Positions 23,441-34,135 of a stretch of 64,000 nucleotides of DNA are shown in pieces. Within the stretch, counting starts at the first letter, position 1. The number at the start of each line of letters is the position of its first letter. This DNA comes from Trichodelitschia bisporula. Its lineage: Eukaryota. The translations under genes were made by a program, and so were the position numbers. The stretch is taken from contig ML996690.1 of the NCBI GenBank assembly GCA_010356995.1, positions 1,272,217 through 1,336,216 of the forward strand, read 5' to 3'. The notes beneath the pieces are model-generated. The model was given only the letters and a program-made list of their open reading frames with translations, was not told the origin of the DNA and made no database searches.

Positions 23441-23830
23441 CTTAGCCAGTTGCAGATAGCTCCATCACCGAAACAACTTACTTTCTCACATTTGCTGGTC
23501 CATGATTTGTGTTATGAAGATATGATGTAGAAGCATTAGTTCTACTACTGAGGGAAGGAGCATATGAAGGACTGTGGGTGTTAGGATGTTACACTATGAT
23601 GTTAGGTTTATATGATCTGCGAGGACGCAGAGGATACATAGCAAAACATGGCATTGTATTTAGTCTGAAGTGACTCGGTCGCTTATCTGTTTCGCTTCGT
23701 CTTTTATCCACTCTTTTACTTGACATTCATTGCTATTGTACGTGTTAAGGCCATGCCCCATTATGCTGAATGAGGGCGTCGAAGGCAGAGTACTGAAAGA
23801 AGAGGGATGCAGCCTCTGTTAATACATGCA

Positions 23831-23959
23831 TATATAGACGCTCTAGCACTCACACAGCACTTTGGTGCTGCGTATATCTTCCTTACCATGACTTGCAGCC
23901 CCCATTGGATTCAAATTCTGCGGGAGATTGGCTCTGGACAAATTCCAAAGGAACGGCCA
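23831..23959 (+). pseudogene. Helitron Rep/helicase N-terminal (Helitron_like_N) fragment
   Basis: YIDALALTQHFGAAYIFLTMTCSPHWIQILREIGSGQIPKERP fits the Helitron Rep motif-1 region YxDAxAxxxxFGxPxxFxTxTCNPxWxEI...GQxxxDRP. Confidence 0.8.
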
Positions 23960-25128
23960 GCAAAACTGAACTCGCACGATTCTGCTGAGGCGGAAACATC
24001 TCAAAGCACTCCCGAGCTCATCATCAGGTTCCGCTGAAGAAGCAGACGGGGCTGGCATCTGCCCCCCCCATAGAGTTCTCCGGCGGAGGTGGGAAGGGAG
24101 ACCTCATTCTATTAGCACGAGAGGGCGCAGAATTTGCGGCCTTATTGCTCTGGGACATTTGAGATGGGGTATAGCAAGGCGCTGAGGTGCTGGTTCGAGG
24201 AATCCTCGGCCATGACCTCGTTTGTCGAGAACGAGCGGAATGAAAGTCGGAAGCGCTTGAAGATCTGGACGGCAAGGAGGGGGCATCTCAGGTGGCCCAG
24301 GTTGGAGAGAACCGGGCAACTACGGTACTCAGATCAGGAGCGCAAGAGGGTGCCGACTGAGGAACAGAGGACGCCTTGTCGAGAGGAGCGGAGGATTGCT
24401 TTTCGAGCTATGGGTCGCGGGACGGCAGTTGAGGCGGAGGCGTACGATGGAGTCCTGAGGGAATACGGCGTGGCCTGAACCGACCTGGCAAAGCCGGCAG
24501 AGGGGTCAATGGCGGATACATGGCACGCTCTATCCACAAGGCGGAATGGAGTGGACAGCGCGGCCGTTCGGACTTTCCGTCTTTGTCGTATCGAGGAGGG
24601 TGACTGGGGAAGCCGGATACATCATTCGGAGGATGACTGAGGAAGAACGGGCCGGCGCAAAATTCAGAGGTTCTTCATCCTCACAATCATGTTACGAATC
24701 GTGATTTCACTAACGTGTTCTCGGTCAGCAAGCCCTTAACGAGGAAGAGTGCTTTGCATACATTATGATGGACGACGCTCTTTGTATCCAGATTCGCGAT
24801 TAACTCTCCGGAAGTTCTCTGGGAATTCTAGTTCTCGCATGTTTTGAACACCGCGAGCCCAATTATCTGGGCTGAAATTGGATGCATCGTCATGCTTGAT
24901 GAAGTCACAATGGAAGGAGCATCCTTACGATTGGAACGAACGCTCGTGGCCTCGAGGGGAGCATCTAGAACTGGGAAGTGCCGGAGGGGGTTCCGGAAAG
25001 ACGAAGAAGTCTTACCCAACAGGTTGTAACCAGATATAAGTAGGCCTGGCAACTCTCATATTTTTTCCTTCCCTCTCCTTCATCAACACTTTCACTCCGC
25101 AATCGTTGATTTGCAACGTGCCTGAGCC

Positions 25129-25635
25129 ATGCCATATAAATGGTACGACAACGAGCTGTCGATTCAACAGCACTTGCATCAGATGCAGCGTTCTGATTGG
25201 TATCTGCTTTCAGAGTACCTCAAGGCTTTCCGTAAAGCATGGAGGAAGGCCGTGAAGGCGAAAACCGAGTTGTCTTATGCAACTGCCCTCGAAATGATGT
25301 TCGAACAAGCTGATCTCGAGATCCCTGACTGTGTGGAGGCTTGCGAAGACGACTGGAAGACGCGCGGCTTGCCTCGTGTTCGAATTGATGAGCGAGAGTT
25401 TCGGAAAACATATCGCAAGCTCCTATCCGAAGCTCTGAAGTTTGAGAGCGATCCTGACTACGATTATTTCCATGAAAAGATCGGTAACACCATTCCAACC
25501 TCGGACTCCGAAACCGACGACGATGGTAGCCCAGAGCACAAACGTCACTGCTCCTCGGACGCAGATTTGACCCCGGACCAGTCTAAGCCTCCAAGTGGCG
25601 ACAAACAAGAGATTCCGAAGAGCGGGGCGGTCTGA
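25129..25635 (+). CDS. Hypothetical 168-aa protein inside the putative Helitron
   Basis: An intact ATG-started ORF with a helical, charged N-terminal part and an acidic/Ser-rich tail, preceded by a pyrimidine-rich leader. Confidence 0.5.
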   Translation: MPYKWYDNELSIQQHLHQMQRSDWYLLSEYLKAFRKAWRKAVKAKTELSYATALEMMFEQADLEIPDCVEACEDDWKTRGLPRVRIDEREFRKTYRKLLSEALKFESDPDYDYFHEKIGNTIPTSDSETDDDGSPEHKRHCSSDADLTPDQSKPPSGDKQEIPKSGAV

Positions 25636-26527
25636 TGTGAGTACACTAAGGAGCATTGGTATGCCTGAGAGGAGCATACTGACATGGGAAAGTGACAGAG
25701 GACAACACTGGAAGAACCATGGGAGAATACGTGGCAAGCATTGTATCCAGACATGTGTAACTACGCAGATCACCTTCTCTTGTTCTTCATCTGCATTTTG
25801 CGCTCAATAATGCACCGTTCTTTTGCACACGTGCCGTGGTGATGATCCCATTACCTTCGATCAGGGTCCTTTCAAATTCGAACACGAGTTGAAGTACCCC
25901 GACCCTCCGGTCTGCTTAGAAAGTACAAATGACACGTCGGTTCGGCAGTGTAAGTACGCTGTCTAGACTAAGCTGTCTAGCTCGTCGCAGATAGCTCGGA
26001 ACCCCAAAGCCTGGGTTAGGGGGTGCTTGACCGGACCAAGGCATGGCCAAATTGGAAGCGAATATAATGGTTAAGTTTTGGAAGGGAGACGATTTTTCAC
26101 CTCGAGCATAAGCGGGAAGATGCTATCAAGCGCTTAGAGGGTCAGGAAGAGTAAGCCGAAGGTCAAGAAGCCGTGCAGCAAGGAGCCGACAAAGCAACTG
26201 GGCTAGTCAAGAAGGCTGAGCTTGAGCTGCTTAGAGCTAAGTGTGATATATATAGCTAGTATGCAATGATAAATCAAGCTGATGGGAGCTCATTCATTTC
26301 CGTGCAAACGTGGCAAGCGGGCTGTCTCATCTAGTACAACGTGGCCTTGAAAGCGGATATCACTTCATTCGGGTCATACTATTTGGTTCATCATTCTTAC
26401 TACGTACGTTCAGTCCGTGAAGGCACGCAGTTCTAAACGGCAGCCCTCAAAGTAGAATAAGAATACATGTCATAGATCTGCCCAGCACCGTACCCACAAC
26501 GCACCCCTCCGCCAGTAATCCCACCCC

Positions 26528-29423
26528 CTACCGCCTCCGACTCCCATATCGATCCCTCACAGGGAACAGCAAGGCCGCATTCTCATCCCAAGTCGGCAAC
26601 ACCTCCCCCGCATCAATCTCCAACCCCCCAAACAACCGCTCCAATTCCTCAGCCCCAATCCCCTCCACCCGATTCAGCGTGTGCCCATGCAGTACAAAGT
26701 CCAGGCAAAACCACTCCAACTGCAGTCCGCGCCGAAAGGACTCCCGCATAACCAGCTCATCGGAACGGAGTAGCCGCGCAGGCGTGGTTTCGGCAGTGCG
26801 GCCCCAATTCTCCATGCACCCGTACCCGACCAGGAATTCCTGCACATCCAGCCGCGGACCCGTGTCTTCGCCGCGCCCTTCGATTGGGTCGGTAAATCGC
26901 ATACCAAGTTTGACGAAGAAAAGGGTGGCGCGGACGAGGGCGGCGGAAGGGAAGTGTGATGTGTTTTGGATCAGCTTGATACGCGGGATGTTGTAGGGTA
27001 ATGCCATTATGACCCAGATTCGCAGGAGGACGGGGATCATGTGCGGTGGCAGTGTGTGGCCGCGCGATTCGAGACCGCGGATTATGGCGGCGCAGGTGTG
27101 GTAATGGTGGTGCGCAAGGCGGAGGTAGCGGAGTGAAGGAATCTGGCGCACGTCCGGGTAGGCGGCTTTGGTGCGGATGTCGCCCTTGCGCTGCATCGGG
27201 TCTTTTTGTTGGACATAGGCGAATGCCGCGAAGGGGAGGGCTGACCACGCGCCTGGGATGTGGTATTCGGTCCAGTTTTTGATAACGCTCTGCAAGTCCC
27301 TATTTACGGTGAAATGGAAGGGCTTGCTGATGGCATAGAGCGAGATCAGGTCCTCCAGGTCGACAGCCTCGCATACTCGGTAAAACACGTCTACTTGCTG
27401 GCAGAGTGCGTCAATGAAGGCAAATTTGGGCTTTGGAGTCCAGTGGGCAACCGCGATGGGGTTGTCGATCAGGCGAAGGGTGGTACGGCCGTGGGAGTTC
27501 GCGGCGATGAAGTTGTATACCGGGTTGACTGGGCGCCAGGACCCGTCGCGCGGCTGAAATGATTGCAAGCGGCGGACCTCGTCATGAAGTGGGTATACAC
27601 GCAAGTTGGTGTTGACCATGCGCAGAACGGTGTCGACATGCCCTTCGTACGTCGCGTTCGTGCGGAAAGGCGTTGGGCGGAGGTTGATAAGATGCTGGAG
27701 ATTCTCACGCGTCTCGCCGTTGATAGGGAACAAGACTTGGCCTTGACGTCCTCTAATAGCCCACTCCTGGTTGAGGCAGCGAGGAAGGGATGAGAAAGAC
27801 TCTGCTGCATGGTCCTCGGTCTTGATCCCATCATTCGTGGCCTGGCGCTTAGCCGGCATGCTGGTCTCGGGATCGTCCAGGTCGGCGGCATTGGCGGAAC
27901 GCTTCTGCCCACGAAGCTGAGAGGTATTGACGTCGGTGGGAGGAGAAGAAGGCTTTTCATCCGAATGTGGGCGCATGCCTTCGAGGACATTGGCCAAGGT
28001 AGGAGCGAACTTTCCTTGAGCGACAGAGAGATTCTCTTGCCCCATAAAGAACTCACCCAGACGCGGGAAGGCCGTCTTGATATTCCAGCCACCGAGCGCA
28101 GGAGCCACGCTTTCCTCGCGAATGGCCTCGTCATCGGGATCCGCCTCGTCGTAAGCATCGGTCCAGTCCTTGGAACCCGTATTCTTCAGCAGAGGAGTAG
28201 AGTGGCTCTGCAGCCCTGGAAGATTCGGCAAAGGATGGCTCTTCATAAGCCGCGTCGCCAGTCTCAATTGAAAAGACGGCCATGATGCGCGGGTTTGGGT
28301 CGTAGTCCGGAGGCGGATGCTGAGACTGCGCGGTGTGGGTTCCCAAGAGCCGGTTGAGGGCATTGTCAATAGACGTGCCCGGCTCTATTTGCTGCGCTGC
28401 GGCTTGGCGCTGGCCGAGAGGGTTCTCAGCCGAACTAGCAAACTGATTGAAGCCGGGTCTTTGCTGAAGCTGGGCCTGTACAGAGGGCTGGTTGGTCCGG
28501 GCTGTGATGGGAACGCCGGCACGCGGCCTCGGATGGAATGTAGAAATCACTGGCATACCTAGCAGATTGCCACGATGCGGTTCACGATCCTGGACGGGTT
28601 CAAATCGCGAGTGCCGGTCCTCAGCGGCGGCGCGATACTGCTCACGGTTGCGGGGAGGCGACCTGCTCCGACGCAGGGAAGGATGCGCGCGATCCCGAAC
28701 GCGGCTGTGATCAGACACTCCAGTATTTCGGTCAACCTGGCCCATTGCCAGAGCGACATTGTTGTAGACGAGGCGATCGGCGATACACGTAGCCATCCAG
28801 TCCACCGTTGCAGAGGAGATGATGGCGACTCGACCGATGTTCGACGGCTCGTCGCGCGCTTGATACGGGGCTCCGACCCTAGCATCATAGATCTCCAAGG
28901 TCGCACCAGGTTGGCAAGGCGTTGGCATTATCATAGGCGTTGGGTAAGGTAAGGAATAAGAAGACGTATCCACCGGTGTGCCAGAAGCCCTCGGCGCCCT
29001 CTGTGCCTGAATCTCCATTCTGGCCTCGGCGTAACGCTGCGGTGGCAAAAACGCAATGGAGATCCCGTTTTGAAACATGGGAAGCTCCGCTTTTTCGTCC
29101 GTGAGGTCTATCGACACCTCAGGAATCGAACCAGGACCATAAGGGGCAAGAGGGATTTGCGGAAGGGAAGGCTGAGAAGGGAGGGCACTGCTGCGCTGGG
29201 AGGATTGCCGGCCGCGGTTGGTGCTCTGCGTATTGGAGTGCGCAGTGCGGTGGCCTCGAACAGTGTCGGAGGGAGCTTGGATGGTCGGTACTGGGACCGG
29301 CCTGGGGAGAGGAACAGTGGCGCGACCTCTGCGCGTGGTGCTGATGGAGGAAGCAGCTGGCGGAGGGTTGCTGGTGGAGGCATTAGGCTGCCACACAGTT
29401 CCTGTGAGATTTCTATCGGCCAT
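26528..29423 (-). CDS. Fungal hypothetical protein (disordered N-terminus, conserved C-terminal domain with F-box-like segment), split over two frames near 28170
   Basis: A 430-aa ORF and a 613-aa ORF overlap. The C-terminal part has DLISLYAISKPFH, IPSLRYL, FFVKLGMRFTDPI and LLRSDELVMRESFRRGL. No convincing intron is present at the junction. Confidence 0.6.
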
Positions 29424-30491
29424 CGTGTATGAGTAACGATGGCGATGGAGAAGAGTGTGATGATGTAAAAGGATGTGGTGATGGGGGAGAGTTTGATGAT
29501 CGAGAAGAGTTTGATGATCGAGAAAGATGTAATAGGGGCAAAGTGCATGTGGAAAGCGGTTGGTGGTGAGGAAATTGAGTGGGGGATCGTGGTTGTCTGG
29601 TAAATAAAGTTTTGAGAAGTCGAGGGAAATCGGGAGGAGTTATAGGAGCGGCTAGCAATAGTCATAGCGAACTACCAGTCGGTGTGGTCTGTGCTCTGGA
29701 GTAAGTATCCCCAGGAGCTTAGACCGAGTGAACCATTGTTCCTGTGTCTTCTCATCTATGATATGACAATAATGGCGAAGTTGTTGCTGGCCAGCCTTGC
29801 GGCAGTATATGCCTTGGCATGTGATGGGCGAAACTCGCGAGGCAGGCAGCCCATCCATAACGGTATCTAGGAGGCGCCATACAAAGTACTACTGCGGCGA
29901 TAACGCTTTTATAAAACGTGGGTTGGTTATATCCTATATCAAGGATACTATCGCTTCATCCTGTTAGTACTAATGTCCACAAGGAGGAAACTTACTGCTG
30001 GAAGCCCCTGACATACGCCTACTGATATAGAAATGACAAGTATAAGTATAAATGATGTTCGGGAGGTGAAGTATTATGAGGGCTCTTTTGGTGAGGTTTG
30101 CCCCTGAATGTTGTCGTTGCTTTGAAAGAGGTGTTGATCAGATTCTTGTGTGTGTACGCAAACTCCAGGAGTGTACTTGACGGGTGTAGTTGACAAAGAA
30201 AGGCACCGTCTAAGTGCTGGCCAGCGAGTCACTGCATAAATGGTCTGGGCGAGGTCCGTGCCATTCGATGTCGACCAGAAAAGACACCGCCTGAGTGTGG
30301 GCCGGCGAATCAATGCATAAACGAACGATTGCGAAGTTTCGGCACTCGGAACAGTGATGCGCCTGTTGAGAGGCATTCCGTGTTCTAAGCTGTCATAGTC
30401 CCAGTTCCTATCAAAGATCCGCCTACACACCTGAAGTGGTGGATGAACACCCGAAAACGCCATACTGATGCCTATGCACTATTTTACACCT

Positions 30492-31535
30492 TTAGTCCTG
30501 GATGAGTTTGAGGAACTCCTCACGAGTTTTGGCCGTCGACCGCAGCCGGCCCAGCATGCAGCTGGTGATGGTCTGTGAGGACGTCTTCTCAACGCCGCGC
30601 ATCACCATGCAGAGATGGCTGGATTTTATGACAACAGCGACTCCCTGAGGCTGTAGAACCTCGGACAGCGCGAGTGCGACCTGCTTTGTGAGCCGCTCCT
30701 GGACCTGGAGTCGACGGGAGAACATGTCGGCTATCCGAGCCAGCTTGGAGAGTCCGATGACCCGTCGGTTGGGGATGTACCCAATGTGCATCTACCAATT
30801 TAGCGCAGGCCAGCACCCACAAAAAGGGCACAAACCTTGCCAGTAAACGGCACCAGGTGGTGCTCGCAGAGCGAAAAGATTTCAATGTCCTTGACAATCA
30901 CGAGCTCGTCGTGGTCCTCGTGGAAGACGGCTCCGTTGACAATGTCGCGCAAATTCTCTTCGTAGCCCTTTGTGAAGAACATCATGGCTTTTGCGTAGCG
31001 CTCCGGCGTCAGCAGGAGGCCTTCTCGCTCGGGATCTTCGCCGATGCACTCGAGTATGGTCCGTACGGCGCCCGTCAGCTTCTCGAGACGCTTCTCGGCT
31101 TCCTCGGGGGTCGCTTCGAGCCGCTGGCGCGTACCGACGCCTGCAACGTTAGATGTCTCCAGATACTGAGGAGGAGAGAGACGTACTGGGCCAGCTGAGC
31201 CCATCGAAGTCGATGGTTGGGTGCTGTGTGAAAGGGCTTTGTGGGCGGCTGGCGGACAGCGTGGGGGAAGCGGTTGCGTCGCGGGGATCCCGCGCATTCT
31301 CTTCCTCGACGTTGTTCGGCCGCGGCCCCTTCTTCGCCGGGCCATTGGCCATTTTGTGGGGAAAGTAGCCGTCTCCTTCGAGATCTACAACCTGGCGTTG
31401 CGGCGCGCGGATGGACGCATAGAGACTATCGCGCTCTCGTTTGTCGCGGGCCTGCTCAGAGGTCGACAGTGGTGATGACTCGTTGGTCAAGTAGGTGGGG
31501 AGCGCGGACTTGGGCTTCTGGTAGTGATTGTCCAT
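30492..31535 (-). CDS. FOL2: GTP cyclohydrolase I, 3 exons (introns 31186-31141, 30835-30792)
   Basis: [67 protein letters not shown]. Confidence 0.96.
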
Positions 31536-34135
31536 TGTAGGTAGGGGATGCGGGGGTGGAGAGAAGTTTTGCGGAGGGCTTACGGGAGTTGGGCCACAGC
31601 GTCAGGTAACAGAGTCTAGCTTTCGCCATCGGATCTGGGGGTGGCTCACCGGGTTCAAGGGTCTGAGATCCCTTGAAGCGGGATTTACATAAGATCCTTT
31701 ACAGGGTAGATTCAGCACTGAATCGCAGGTAAGGGCGCTCTTGGTGGGTTTGACGGCGTGAATGATCGGGCTTCTGGCGGTCTGCAGCCCGTCGTCATAA
31801 CCGCCAATTTGATCAGGCGGGGCTGCAGACTGTGGTTCAAAGAGGAGCGAACAGTCACTGCAGAGAGTTGTAATAGGTCACGCTTCAACACACATCCGCT
31901 TTCTCTGAGGGCTCTTCTCTTCGTACATATCGTATGAATAGATGAGCAAATCATAGCCTCCGACCGTGTTTCAGCAAGTCCCGGAGTTGTTCTGGCCAGT
32001 CCCAGATATGCCAAAACACAAGTGCAGCATCCGAGTGGCTACGAGATGGCTTGGCGACCGGATCATTGTTATTGCTGCAGCGGCTGGGGGTGCGACTCAG
32101 GTGAAAGACTCCGCCCGCTTGGTTCCCGACTTCACGCCCACCGCAGTTCCGCTTACACCAAAGCTAGCGACATACAGCACCGTCTTCATCTTCACGCTCT
32201 TGCCCCGCACTATCTACCCAACTTGAGATAACGCCAGACATGTTCACGATGACTGCTTCGCGTGCTGGAGAAGAGAGGCCTGCGAGCCGCCAACTCACCA
32301 CCCTCACTGTGGGCCGGGACCTCCTCAACAAGCCTTGTTAAAACCGACCCATGGCCAACACGTATATGGTACAAATATACGGGACCCCCCTACTGCTGAC
32401 AGTAGAGGTTCTTGTCGTCATTCGCAACCAGAGCCAGATGGATCACACGATACCTTTCATGCTTGGCCTCAATACCCCTTCACTTGACGCTCAGTGCTGC
32501 TGTGGGGCATCGTCCTCGGCGGTTGTAATGAGGACTTTAACTGTGTGAAGTGCAGTGGGGAGAGAACAGCTGTGCTCCGGGGCGCCCTGAGAGATTGGTC
32601 CAGGTTGCCTTTGCCACTCTTCCGACCATCACCACCCATCGTCTCAAATTTGCGGTGCAGTCTACCCCAGCGTTGCGCTCGACTGCTGCGCAGGTGCAAC
32701 TGAATCACGTCGAAGTCACTGGTCAATCACTTCCAGCCCAGCGTGCGCATGAAGGTTGGGGATGGACGTGCCGGGGATATCTCTCACCTCACCTTGCGGG
32801 CGGCTGTGGCCAAAAGAGCAGTGTCCTCTCAAATACCGATGCACTATAGTTGCCTGCATTTGGCAATATTTTGACATCAGGACGATGCTGGACCGATCAA
32901 CAGGGAGGCATCAAGTCAAGCTGCAGGGGGAGCGTGTAGGAGGCTGTTCACTGAGCAGGTTCTCAATGTTTAACACTCGGGTTACGGAAAGATGCGAGAA
33001 TCGACATTCAAGGTGATTCAACATTCAGCTGCAGCCCGGACATCTTCCGCACGCAGCTTGCGTCGCAGCGATGCGACAAATTAATGAGGATGAGCGCGAT
33101 GATATTTGCGACTAGAACGACAGACTGGATTGCCATACGTGGGAGGATCAAGCCACACGAATTCCGGATCTTTTACCCTTTGATGCATGACGGCATCACC
33201 GACTTGGACCAGAGAGGAGCTCCATTGAACAGCGACAAGCGAACGACGCAACGCAAACCAGGCTTCAACGTGCTGTCTTTTCTGGCGTATATTTTTGCCT
33301 TCTTGTAGCTGCGTCAGGATCGGTTATGTAGATTTTGCTGTGACCTCCTGTTTTGCCTTCAATACCGTAGAGAAGGCGGAGGGAGTAAAGGAGGAGGATA
33401 CACAGAGTGCCATTGGGATGTGGGGATGTGGGGATGTTGTTGCGGATACAGAGATATCTCTCCCAGCGCAGGGCACTTTTATTTCCTGGCTCTGAGGGTT
33501 TCCTCGCAGGAATATAAGGATGGACGAGCTTGTGTTGTAGGGGGAGGAGGGGAATGCCAGGGCGCCCCTCGTTTCGCTGGTTAAGGCGGGCGGACAGATG
33601 CGGCGGACAGACGCAAGAGGCGCGCGCCTCAAGGTGCTAGGCGACAAAGCAGCCGTTTTGGGATCAACACAACGAACGACGACACCAGGAGATGGGACGA
33701 GATGGGCCCGGCGAGCGAAGCCAAGGGTTCACCGAGGGCATATATCGCTCCCGAACAATTCCTGGATCCTCGCCATCTTCCATCATTCGTCGTCTCCCCT
33801 CCCATCATCGTCACTTCCGTACACCGTATTCCCGACGCTCGACACCCAATACCGAACATCAACAGCCAAAACCCTTCGCTTACTACTTGTTATCATACAA
33901 GTGGCCATTTGGCAGTGTAAGTTGTTCAATACTGACGCTCCTTTCGGTCCGCTCAAACTTGATGTTCCGTCCCCAGACAGCTCAGTGAACGCCAAGCGTC
34001 AGGTTGCCCTGATTGGTCTGGCCCCTTGAGGCTCCGCGCGCCGTCCTCCGCCCGGTCGCCAATTCTGGGTTGGAAGACCGTGCTCTCGTCAACGGGCTTC
34101 AGGATCCTCAAGACCACCTCCCAAACGCTGTCTTG

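Larger units (their letters stand above)
21469..26334 (+). mobile_element. Putative non-autonomous Helitron carrying captured gene fragments
   Basis: The 3' end is an imperfect hairpin CCGTGC...GCAAGCGG (26300-26320) followed by CTAG|T (26331-26335). A candidate 5' end A|TCTGCATCTTGCTAT is at 21469. A same-strand Rep fragment lies at 23831-23959, and an internal CAACATCAT minisatellite is present. The 5' boundary is uncertain. Confidence 0.6.
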
